Shown here: positions 24,987-33,207 of the stretch, in pieces
Layout of the letters: every line of letters starts with the position of its first letter
Position numbering within the stretch: position 1 is the stretch's first letter
Virus record (IMG/VR): IMGVR_UViG_3300032200_000007
Direction: 5' to 3' (one strand)
DNA: 39,203 nucleotides
Source: a virus
Position numbers and translations under genes: made by a program
Notes under the pieces: generated by a model
What the model was told of the DNA's origin: nothing
The model's input: the letters and a program-made list of their open reading frames with translations, nothing else
The model's database searches: none

Positions 24987-25253
24987 TCAATTCCCGTTTC
25001 TTTTTCTGTTTAAAATTCTGGTTTCTGTCTTAAGTTCCGCTATCGCTATTTCAAGCTGATGAATAAGGCAGCCGAGTTTTTCATTTGTATCGGCCTGCTC
25101 TTTTCGCAAAGCCTTTATTTCAAGGTCGCATTTTTCAACTTTTTCAACGGTATCTTTTATCACCTGCGCCTGCTGACCGTTTGAATAATTTAAGCCGAGA
25201 AGCAGAACTATTATTGTAACTGCCGACGGTATCCATGTGGAAAACTTTTTCAT
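24987..25253 (-). CDS. N-terminally anchored coiled-coil protein (i-spanin-like)
   Basis: Membrane segment WIPSAVTIIVLLLGL, then a charged heptad-like region with two Cys. Confidence 0.35.
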   Translation of the reverse strand: MKKFSTWIPSAVTIIVLLLGLNYSNGQQAQVIKDTVEKVEKCDLEIKALRKEQADTNEKLGCLIHQLEIAIAELKTETRILNRKRNGN

Positions 25254-25498
25254 TCTTCAACCTCATGTTCCGGGATGATTATGATTTTTTTATACGCTGT
25301 ATCTGTTGCACGTATATTTTTCCCTTTAAATTTTATTTGCATTGTCCTACGGATCACACCCGTATCGTTCATATAATCACACCGATATTTTACAAAAAAT
25401 AATGAATCGCCTTCAAGTTCGTATTTTACAATCTTCCAATGGTTGTTTTGTGAGAACGCCGATAATTCAATGATAAACATGATGATGAGATATTTCAT
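25250..25498 (-). CDS. Small protein with a hydrophobic N-terminus (82 aa)
   Basis: ORF track; MKYLIIMFIIELSAFSQ; no lipobox Cys. Confidence 0.45.
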   Translation of the reverse strand: MKYLIIMFIIELSAFSQNNHWKIVKYELEGDSLFFVKYRCDYMNDTGVIRRTMQIKFKGKNIRATDTAYKKIIIIPEHEVEE

Positions 25499-25508
25499 TT
25501 TATTTCTC

Positions 25509-28500
25509 CTAAAATCTATAACTTATGTCAAAAGGTTTTATTCCTCCGCTTCCCGCTGCCAGATCAGCGCTTCCTTCAGTAAACAATTGCAACTCACCAG
25601 CCAGCGGCTGAATCAACCCAATAACGTTTGTACTATTATTATATATCTGCACTGGAATTAACGCTTTATCACCTGTATACCGTGCGGATTTTATCGATGG
25701 ACATTTTACATACGCTCCGCCACCGCTCAACGTCCCAAGAATCTGATTGCCAGTTATTCTTATAGTGCTATCGGAATATTTAACGAGAAAATAAGCGATC
25801 GACCGCGCCCTGTATGTTGCTCCGTCATAAAGCGAACAATACGCACTGAAAGACGAATCCGAAAGCACCATCAATCTTTTACAGACAAGCGTGTCTTTCC
25901 TGATTTCAACGGAAGACGTATCGGTAGAAACTCCTGTTGCATCCCTTGCGTCAGCAGTATCGGTATAGCTGAATCTCAACACCCCGGTTACATTTCTCGC
26001 TGCGTATACTGTCCGCGATCCGGAATACAAGTCGAATACCAATCTTGAATAGGTATCATCATCAGGACGTAATTGAAAATCATCTCCTGAAAATTTTATA
26101 TTCCATGCCCCGGTAGGGCATGTTAAATATTTTTTTGCTGTCAACCCGAAATCGGGATTATAATAGAAAAACCCGTAATCCGTAAATGGCGTATCGGCTT
26201 TCATTAAATCAGTAAGCGTGTCGCCTGATGTTATCGGGATATTTCCATCCGTAACGGTTCCTTGTATCGGAGTCGGAAGATTATATTCTGACCACATTTT
26301 CTTACAAATTACAATAGTTGATTTTGTGGTATCTGTAGGACAAATCGTATCAACAACCGCAAGTATTCGATTTCTTGCCGTTGATTCAGACGTGGAAAGG
26401 ATATAGTTATATGTTTGAAAATCATCACTTTGAGTGTGCCAAAAATAAACTTTTCCGCGACATTTAAACATGTAAACAGTATCAACTATTCCGTTTGTCC
26501 ATCCGCCAGGATTATAAAACATCCCATCGTTGCTATATATATATCCCTGTATTGCCGCCGCTATCGGAAAATCTGACCAGTAACTATTTCCATGTATTTG
26601 AAGTTCAAACATTGTGTTTGACGTGGTATCAATACTTGTTTTAATTAATATTCCATTTGCATAATGATAAACAGGAACATTAAAATATGTTTTCGCAAAG
26701 CAAGCTCCGCTGTCAGAACTTATATTTTCACGAATATCAAAATAATCTCCGGTATCGGTTACAGAGCTACTCTTCAGTGTAGAATCGGTATCAACCATCG
26801 GCAGGTTGCCGATATTAAGATTCCAGAGTTTCAGCTTTCCGTTTTTCAGATGATAATTACCGGTTCCTACCGTTCTGCTATTAAATATCATGTTGCTGCC
26901 ATCGTAATAAATCCCGGCGTCCTGCCCTTCTCCGAAAACAATTTTACTCGTATCGCTGTCTAAATTCAACCCGCCTTCAAACTGGCTTTGCGCGGCATGT
27001 TCCGAATAAATACACCAATCCGTCGTAACCGTCGCAGAACCGACCGGTGCATTTATCACAATATCCCAATTCTTAGCTATCGTTCCTGTCCCTTGACGAT
27101 ATGGATTCATTTCAATTCCTGCGACTCCGCCAGAAACATTTCCAACTATCGATCCGTTTGTTCCATAATTGAACCTTAACCCGTATAGTGCACCGACAGT
27201 TCCGGAAGTTAAAAGATATGCACGCATCCAAAACCCATGATACGATCCGGCATCAACAAGGTCGGCGCTGGCAAGATTGGCATAGCAGTATGCATTCAAA
27301 GCATATCCGCCGTAATTACCGTTTGCGGTTACATCTGCATCAGTATAAAAATATCCGTTGTATCTATTGGCCAGATTAGTCGGATTATAATATCCGTAAA
27401 ATTTTATGTTTGATACCGGAGCAACTCCGTATGACAAATTGGAATACGAAGAATTGTATCTCAATTCGCTGTTGCTAAGCGCATGAGAAGAACTGAAATA
27501 AGGAACATAATTAGCCGTTCCGTTTATCCGCGCATTGCATGTGTCGTCAACGTCTTTTGCATGATCGGCGATTACGGCGCTATCGGCCTTGCCATGCAGA
27601 GGAAGCCTGTTGTTCAGCGTATCCCTGATAATATCCAATGAATCCGATACTGCAGCCGTCGATATTGCGCCTATTCCAGTGCGAAAAGAAGATGCGGAAA
27701 TTCCTCCTACAAGTCCATCGCCGCGTATTATTGGAACCGTATCGGTCATTGATATCATAGAGATGTCTTTAATAATAGTGGAATCTTCTATTTTTAACCC
27801 TCCATGCTTTATCCAAACAGGATACCATTTGTCACGGTATGGATAAGAATAGAAATCTTTAAAAAGCGAATCGTTTAATGTCATTTGCCCGGTACTGTCA
27901 ATTATCGCAATATGGTCAATAAATGTTTCAGGAGAAGGGTCCGAAACAGAACGAATGACAAATTTATTTTTACCTGTATATCCACCTGCCTGCATCTTTA
28001 AGCTTGCAATGGCAAAATGACCTTGATACCAACCGTAAAATGTTTGAAGATTTTCAAGCATCAATCTCGCGTATGAATTCGCGGAACTAGAATTATTCAA
28101 TATCAAAAATAATGGATTTGAAACATTGGAAGTTCCATAAGTCAACAATGGACCATGCCCGTAATAAGTATTTCCATCGTAATGCAATAACGAATCGTCG
28201 AGCAACGACGATGATTTTGCAACAGCAAAATAATTTGTTGCTACTCCATGAAGAAGACTTAAACCTATTGTTGCCGTATCCGATCTTTGCGATTTCAGTG
28301 AAGCCCTTACGCTGTCAGGAGTGTTAAGTGCTGTATCAGCGGTATCAGAATAAACGGCATGAGTTACCGAGTCGGGAATTATCGTATCGACAGGGCAGGC
28401 TTTCATCAGGTTGCTGGCGCTGTCGAACACTGCGAAATAATGAGGAGAAGTGGCAAGCGGCTTCGTTATTATATATAAAGAATCATTTAACTGAAGCCGT

Positions 28501-28586
28501 CCGTTGTTTCCCTGTATGCTGTCGGTTTCAAGAAATTCAGCGCTGCATACCGATACAATGAAAAGAAAAACGGCAATTCGTCGCAT
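25509..28586 (-). CDS. Large beta-rich protein (1,025 aa) with a Sec-type signal peptide; fibre/adhesin-like
   Basis: Met11 of the track ORF; its ATG overlaps the upstream TGA, and AGGGGGG lies upstream. N-terminus MRRIAVFLFIVSVCSA/EF. N/S/T/G/Y-rich. C-terminus ...KPFDISYRF. Confidence 0.6.
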   Translation of the reverse strand: MRRIAVFLFIVSVCSAEFLETDSIQGNNGRLQLNDSLYIITKPLATSPHYFAVFDSASNLMKACPVDTIIPDSVTHAVYSDTADTALNTPDSVRASLKSQRSDTATIGLSLLHGVATNYFAVAKSSSLLDDSLLHYDGNTYYGHGPLLTYGTSNVSNPLFLILNNSSSANSYARLMLENLQTFYGWYQGHFAIASLKMQAGGYTGKNKFVIRSVSDPSPETFIDHIAIIDSTGQMTLNDSLFKDFYSYPYRDKWYPVWIKHGGLKIEDSTIIKDISMISMTDTVPIIRGDGLVGGISASSFRTGIGAISTAAVSDSLDIIRDTLNNRLPLHGKADSAVIADHAKDVDDTCNARINGTANYVPYFSSSHALSNSELRYNSSYSNLSYGVAPVSNIKFYGYYNPTNLANRYNGYFYTDADVTANGNYGGYALNAYCYANLASADLVDAGSYHGFWMRAYLLTSGTVGALYGLRFNYGTNGSIVGNVSGGVAGIEMNPYRQGTGTIAKNWDIVINAPVGSATVTTDWCIYSEHAAQSQFEGGLNLDSDTSKIVFGEGQDAGIYYDGSNMIFNSRTVGTGNYHLKNGKLKLWNLNIGNLPMVDTDSTLKSSSVTDTGDYFDIRENISSDSGACFAKTYFNVPVYHYANGILIKTSIDTTSNTMFELQIHGNSYWSDFPIAAAIQGYIYSNDGMFYNPGGWTNGIVDTVYMFKCRGKVYFWHTQSDDFQTYNYILSTSESTARNRILAVVDTICPTDTTKSTIVICKKMWSEYNLPTPIQGTVTDGNIPITSGDTLTDLMKADTPFTDYGFFYYNPDFGLTAKKYLTCPTGAWNIKFSGDDFQLRPDDDTYSRLVFDLYSGSRTVYAARNVTGVLRFSYTDTADARDATGVSTDTSSVEIRKDTLVCKRLMVLSDSSFSAYCSLYDGATYRARSIAYFLVKYSDSTIRITGNQILGTLSGGGAYVKCPSIKSARYTGDKALIPVQIYNNSTNVIGLIQPLAGELQLFTEGSADLAAGSGGIKPFDISYRF

Positions 28587-28789
28587 CAGTACCCCCCTTT
28601 GATGCACGTATGCCATGCAGAACCTTCATATACCTGAACCTTGAGGCGGCTGTCCTCCCATATCAGCCGTATCTTCGGATCGGTTCCGAATTCGATGTAA
28701 TTCTCACCGAGAACCACATCAATCGTGCGTAGATACCGGTTATCGTTGTATTTTAAGTGTGACTGTAAAGTCTCTTGCCTGAAAGGCAT
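28586..28789 (-). CDS. Hypothetical protein (67 aa)
   Basis: ORF track; GGAAGGAG RBS. Confidence 0.5.
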   Translation of the reverse strand: MPFRQETLQSHLKYNDNRYLRTIDVVLGENYIEFGTDPKIRLIWEDSRLKVQVYEGSAWHTCIKGGY

Positions 28790-28828
28790 TGGATACTCCT
28801 TCCCGCCGAAACGGGGTGAGGATTATCC

Positions 28829-29068
28829 CTACACCCCGAAAACAACAACCTGATACGACGCCCCCGACAATGCCGTGCATGCCGCAATACTGCTCGCGCT
28901 GTGCGTAAGCCTTGCCATTTGTGAACTCGTTCCGACAACCTGGATAACCCGGTTAAGTCCGGTACCGGCAGCGTCGCCGGAATTGCTGTCGTCCATCGCC
29001 AGCGTTCCGGCCATTACACGCCATGATCCCATTACGGTTTCATCTGATTTTGTAAACGTATTCGACAT
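28829..29068 (-). CDS. Small Ser/Ala/Gly-rich protein (79 aa)
   Basis: ORF track. Confidence 0.5.
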   Translation of the reverse strand: MSNTFTKSDETVMGSWRVMAGTLAMDDSNSGDAAGTGLNRVIQVVGTSSQMARLTHSASSIAACTALSGASYQVVVFGV

Positions 29069-29078
29069 TAAAACCTCC

Positions 29079-30128
29079 CTAAAAAAGAAGATGCATTTGC
29101 CCGCTTACCGATTTTTTCAGCATTTCAGGCAATAAATTACTCATGTTGAACATATGCAATACGGTTTTGAGATCGATTTGAATTATCTGCCGTATGTTCC
29201 CCTCATGGTATGCCCCCATGATACCGCCTTCCGTGGCGTTTATCCAGAGATGCGCATTGTTCCCGCTGCCACCGCATGCCATGTAATCGAACCAGTTTTT
29301 GAAACCGAAATATGATCCCCATGTCCATACCCGGTTTCCATAAATGTCGATCCATGGCATGACTCCGGAAAATTTCGCATCATACTGGCTATCCCATGCA
29401 TGAAATTTATGATCGTATGAAAAGCATAAATCCATGCCGATGAAAACAGGGATCGAGCAACCGAGTACCGCCCTGGCAAAATACATCGCCGCGCCCATAA
29501 CGTTCCCGCCGACGTTGAATCCCGGAGTTTTTGATATGTCAACATATTTCGAGATTTCAACGGCAAGAGCAAGTGATGCATACGGCGTCGTATACCACAA
29601 TACCGGCCCTTTCCATTTCGCTATAAAGCCGGGGTGGGTCCCGTGATAAGCGATAAGCGTCCTGTCTTTTGTTCGGTCCCAATACCAGTCTGGATCGTGA
29701 GACCCGCCCTCCGACATTTCACGTATCGTTATATCTCCAGCGTCAAGAACAATGTAATAATCGTCAGACGTCATCAGGTTTCGGTCTTCGCAAAACGGGA
29801 AATTGTGCACTCCGGCGACTATTTTCAAATCCTTTCTTCCGATGGATTTGTCTCCGTCGCCGACAAGCTCTTTCCAGTTCTTTTTCAACGACGGCCCGGC
29901 CCCCATGAGTATCACCGGTTTTCCATAACACGCCATATGAGCGTTAAACGCGCTGTTTTTGACGAAGTCATAGTTCTTCGAATTGGCAGCGGTTTGATCG
30001 ACCCATTGTTTTTCCCATGACTTTATGGTAAGCTCGTCGCAGTTGGTTGCCGCCTTCCACGCCGATTCTTTACCGTTTGGAATGCCGTCTATATAAGGCG
30101 ACAATCTCAAAACCATTTCAATCTGCAT
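29079..30128 (-). CDS. Maf / DUF115 (MAF_flag10, MptE-like) family protein; putative nonulosonic-acid glycosyltransferase
   Basis: Met6 of the track ORF, behind GGAGGAG. Motifs PVILMGAGPSLKKNW, YYIVLDAGD and GGNVMGAAMYFARAVLGCSIPVFIGMDLCFS follow the DUF115 pattern (GxGPSL ... D ... GGsv..A..lA..lG...i.l.G.Dl). Confidence 0.6.
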   Translation of the reverse strand: MQIEMVLRLSPYIDGIPNGKESAWKAATNCDELTIKSWEKQWVDQTAANSKNYDFVKNSAFNAHMACYGKPVILMGAGPSLKKNWKELVGDGDKSIGRKDLKIVAGVHNFPFCEDRNLMTSDDYYIVLDAGDITIREMSEGGSHDPDWYWDRTKDRTLIAYHGTHPGFIAKWKGPVLWYTTPYASLALAVEISKYVDISKTPGFNVGGNVMGAAMYFARAVLGCSIPVFIGMDLCFSYDHKFHAWDSQYDAKFSGVMPWIDIYGNRVWTWGSYFGFKNWFDYMACGGSGNNAHLWINATEGGIMGAYHEGNIRQIIQIDLKTVLHMFNMSNLLPEMLKKSVSGQMHLLF

Positions 30129-30143
30129 ATGTTTCTCCTCCAT

Positions 30144-30174
30144 AAAAAACTACCCGGCGGAATTACCCGCCGGG
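30144..30174 (-). terminator. Rho-independent terminator after the capsid/decoration genes
   Basis: On the - strand: cccggcgg-gtaatt-ccgccggg followed by tagtttttt. Confidence 0.75.
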
Positions 30175-30180
30175 ATTACA

Positions 30181-30231
30181 TTATCTGCCTTTCGGCTTTC
30201 TTACTCTTCGCTTTTTACCTCCACACGGCAT
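30181..30231 (-). CDS. Possible 16-codon micro-ORF encoding a highly basic peptide
   Basis: TAAGGAGGcaacATG. Product MPCGGKKRRVRKPKGR. It lies between the decoration-like gene and the terminator. Confidence 0.25.
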   Translation of the reverse strand: MPCGGKKRRVRKPKGR

Positions 30232-30240
30232 GTTGCCTCC

Positions 30241-30726
30241 TTACGCGCAATTGACGCGCACGGTAAACGTGCCATATGAAGACGCTGCTGTCGCGGTAAG
30301 AGCAACCCCGACAGGCTGGTACAAATTGCCGGTCGTCGCAGAGCCGGAACGGAAATAACCGTCCGTGTCAAGCGCGACATAATGACCTGCCGTAGTACCG
30401 GAGCTCGTTTCACACCCCGGAACGACACCGTTGACGACGACCCAGCCATAATACCCGGTAGGAATCGTGGCATGGTAGACCACACCGCCGATATCATAAT
30501 CCCCTGCAGTTGAGCTTACCGTCAGAGAATACCCGGAGCTTGCCGATGCATTCGCTCCGATATACACCATGGCTTTTCCAGGGCATGCCTGTGAAGAAGA
30601 TTTGTTGTATATATACCGGTATTTATTACCGTTCTGCCAGCGTTCCGTCCCGAGCTGTATGCTGTTAGTCGCGGTAACGCTGCTTACCGATTCTTCGAAT
30701 AAAGTTTGAAGACCGTAGTTAGACAT
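30241..30726 (-). CDS. Ser/Thr-rich capsid decoration/cement-like protein (161 aa)
   Basis: It follows the major capsid gene directly. 38 of 161 residues are Ser/Thr by hand count. The C-terminal half GYYGWVVVNGVVPG...PVGVALTATAA...FTVRVN resembles DUF2190-type decoration proteins. Confidence 0.5.
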   Translation of the reverse strand: MSNYGLQTLFEESVSSVTATNSIQLGTERWQNGNKYRYIYNKSSSQACPGKAMVYIGANASASSGYSLTVSSTAGDYDIGGVVYHATIPTGYYGWVVVNGVVPGCETSSGTTAGHYVALDTDGYFRSGSATTGNLYQPVGVALTATAASSYGTFTVRVNCA

Positions 30727-30740
30727 TTTTCACCTCCTTC

Positions 30741-31652
30741 TTAAGTCAAGGCGGTCATCATGCCGTGCATCCTGTTATTGGAGCTTGTCATGACGCCCGT
30801 CCAGAAAATTTGTGCGACTTTGACGTTCTGATTCGTCGGCTGACGGAACCCGCTGAACCTGAAATTCTCATCCTTGTGGGCGAGCAGGCCAAGATAGGTT
30901 TCGTTCAGGCAGTACAGATACCCGCTGGTGCAATGCGAATCGACGATTACCGGGATACCGTTGAAAATCAGGTTTTTGAAACCGGCTTTCAGCGTTTCCT
31001 CGTCGGCGAAACGCTGCTGCGGCTGAATTGCCGCCCAGAGATCGTCAAACATATCCTGCGTTGTGACGATAACCGTCGGGCCGTCCGCATCGATCGTGCA
31101 ATCGCCCAGAAGCGCCTGCAATGCAACCGGCGTCAGCGCTGTAGTCGAGGAATCCACGTTCGCCTGCCACCAAGAATAAGTAGCCTTCGCAATCGTTCCG
31201 TGTGTTCCGGTCGCCGCGCAAATAAGCTTGATCCCCTGAATCCCGGTAGTGCCGTCGCCGAAAATAGAAGTGGCGAGAGTATCCTTCAGGGTCTTTTCCG
31301 CCAATTGCACCTTTGCCTTGAGATGGTTGATAATGGCGTTTTTCCCGCTGTTTTTCAGTTCGTCGATTCTGGTGATATTGATCGATGCATACGCCTCTTT
31401 CCAATCCCATGACGCTTCAGTTATCTGCGTCGTGTCATTGGTATTGAGCGTCTGCGAACCGCTGTACCATCCAGCGGCCCCCGTCTGTGCATACGCCAGC
31501 GGTTGCGACACGCTGGTGCCTCCGTCGATGGTGTCATACCATCCACGCTTTTTCGACCTCTGAAGCAGAATATTCGAATCGAAAATGTTGTCCACAAGTT
31601 TCGGAATCAGATACTTCTGCGTCAAGGAGGATATTTCTCCTGTAAGAGCCAT
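30741..31652 (-). CDS. Major capsid protein (HK97-fold type)
   Basis: 303 aa, downstream of the scaffold-like gene. The sequence pattern (GG..V.QPL...W.EAYASI.I....L..SG.NAII...) is typical of podovirus capsid proteins. Confidence 0.8.
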   Translation of the reverse strand: MALTGEISSLTQKYLIPKLVDNIFDSNILLQRSKKRGWYDTIDGGTSVSQPLAYAQTGAAGWYSGSQTLNTNDTTQITEASWDWKEAYASINITRIDELKNSGKNAIINHLKAKVQLAEKTLKDTLATSIFGDGTTGIQGIKLICAATGTHGTIAKATYSWWQANVDSSTTALTPVALQALLGDCTIDADGPTVIVTTQDMFDDLWAAIQPQQRFADEETLKAGFKNLIFNGIPVIVDSHCTSGYLYCLNETYLGLLAHKDENFRFSGFRQPTNQNVKVAQIFWTGVMTSSNNRMHGMMTALT

Positions 31653-31664
31653 TTTTTTCTCCTG

Positions 31665-32549
31665 TTAAGATTTCATTTCGGCTTTCATTTTATCGGCAAG
31701 AGATTTATACGAATCGCCGTATTTATATCCCTCCGCCGGAGCGCTGCCGCCAGCAGCTCCCTGACTTATCACACCGGCCTTTTGCGCCTTCGCCCGCGCT
31801 TCAGCCTCTTTTTTCAAAGCTGCGGCCTTTGCGTTCGTTCCGTTCTGGTCGAACATCATGGCGCGATACGCATAATCCAGGTTGGAAATCCCGTTTTCAT
31901 ACGCGAATTGAATCACCTTCTTTTCGAGATTCCCCGTCCCGTCGTCGAAATCCCAGTCATGACCAGCATACGTTGCCCTCATCTTCGACACTTGGTCTGC
32001 AAGCTGACGGTCGTATTCTTTATTGATCCGTTCGGTATTCAGTTTCTCCAGCTCGCCGAGTCGTGTTACCAGCCCGTTGTAAAGCTGATAATTCACACCG
32101 TTTGCGGGTTGCTGACCATCCTGTTGACCGCCCGTCTGGAATTCCTGCGCAAGCTGCATCATGCGCTCGGAAAACGCCGGATTTTTCTTCATCAATGAAT
32201 CAATATCGTCGTAGTGCCGGTACTTGGACTGCATATCGTCGATACGCTGTTGCCATTCGCGGCGCTCGCGGTTGATCCGCTCCATTTCCTGAGTGTACGA
32301 AAAACCTTTCTGCGCGAGATTAACTAATTCCTGCCGATCCTTCGGAACATACGGCTGCCCGCGATACTTCAGCCCCCACTCGGACCCGTTGAACTGCCCT
32401 TGTGGAGCCGGTTGAGTAGGCTGCTGTCCGCCACCAGAAGCTCCAGGTTGATCGACTCCGGTTTCAGGAGGTAGTGCCCCTGATTCTCCGGACTGCTGTC
32501 CTCCCTCTTCAATCTCGCCCTCTCTAGGCATTCCGTCGTAATTGCCCAT
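31665..32549 (-). CDS. Scaffolding-like protein
   Basis: 294 aa, charged and coiled-coil-rich, immediately upstream of the capsid gene. Confidence 0.55.
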   Translation of the reverse strand: MGNYDGMPREGEIEEGGQQSGESGALPPETGVDQPGASGGGQQPTQPAPQGQFNGSEWGLKYRGQPYVPKDRQELVNLAQKGFSYTQEMERINRERREWQQRIDDMQSKYRHYDDIDSLMKKNPAFSERMMQLAQEFQTGGQQDGQQPANGVNYQLYNGLVTRLGELEKLNTERINKEYDRQLADQVSKMRATYAGHDWDFDDGTGNLEKKVIQFAYENGISNLDYAYRAMMFDQNGTNAKAAALKKEAEARAKAQKAGVISQGAAGGSAPAEGYKYGDSYKSLADKMKAEMKS

Positions 32550-32579
32550 TTTTCTCCTCCGTTTATAAGGTAATTGCCG

Positions 32580-32801
32580 TTACCAATCATTCCCTTTTGT
32601 AAACTTTACTCCGCCGCCGCTCACGTTGTCCGGGCCGACCTTGTTCACGATGTCACCTGAAGCGGTGAATCCGTCTTCCATTCCCTTCGGGAACTGTACG
32701 GGACCACCGGCCTGCAGGCCGGGAGACCGCTCTGATTTCATTTCTCCGCTTCCCGCATCCTGGCCGCCGTTACCGGCGAACGTCACACCCTTGTCACTCA
32801 T
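32580..32801 (-). CDS. Gly-rich small protein (73 aa)
   Basis: ORF track. Confidence 0.45.
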   Translation of the reverse strand: MSDKGVTFAGNGGQDAGSGEMKSERSPGLQAGGPVQFPKGMEDGFTASGDIVNKVGPDNVSGGGVKFTKGNDW

Positions 32802-32815
32802 AAAAACCCCTTTCG

Positions 32816-33196
32816 TTAAATTACCGGTATTTTCCCGGCTTGCGACCGCGCTCCAGCGGACATATTGCCGGTCATTTGGTTCATTCCGCCGCCCTGCAAT
32901 GGGACGCGGCCGCCACCGCTTGTAGGAGGCCCGCCGTTCGGGGCTGGCGGGGCCATCTGCGATTGGTCGGCACCGCGTCCCTGAATCAATTCGACGAATC
33001 GCCTCATAATCTCCTGCATTTCCGGAGCATTCGGGTCTCCCTGCTCTTGTTTCGCAGCAACGAACGTCATCATGGTGCGAAATGCGTCAATAATCGGATT
33101 CCCCTGCGGTGTGGCGGTCCAGCCGCCTTCAGGTTGGTCCTGCTGCGCTCCCTGCGCCCCCTGCGCCGCAATCATTTCTCCCGGACTCATCGGCAT
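32816..33196 (-). CDS. Gly/Gln/Pro-rich low-complexity protein (126 aa)
   Basis: ORF track. Confidence 0.45.
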   Translation of the reverse strand: MPMSPGEMIAAQGAQGAQQDQPEGGWTATPQGNPIIDAFRTMMTFVAAKQEQGDPNAPEMQEIMRRFVELIQGRGADQSQMAPPAPNGGPPTSGGGRVPLQGGGMNQMTGNMSAGARSQAGKIPVI

Positions 33197-33207
33197 ATCG
33201 ATCTCCC

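Noticed and set aside
25250-25498. o-spanin assignment for the small protein next to the i-spanin-like gene
   Set aside because: The N-terminus is hydrophobic but lacks a lipobox Cys, so it does not look like a lipoprotein.
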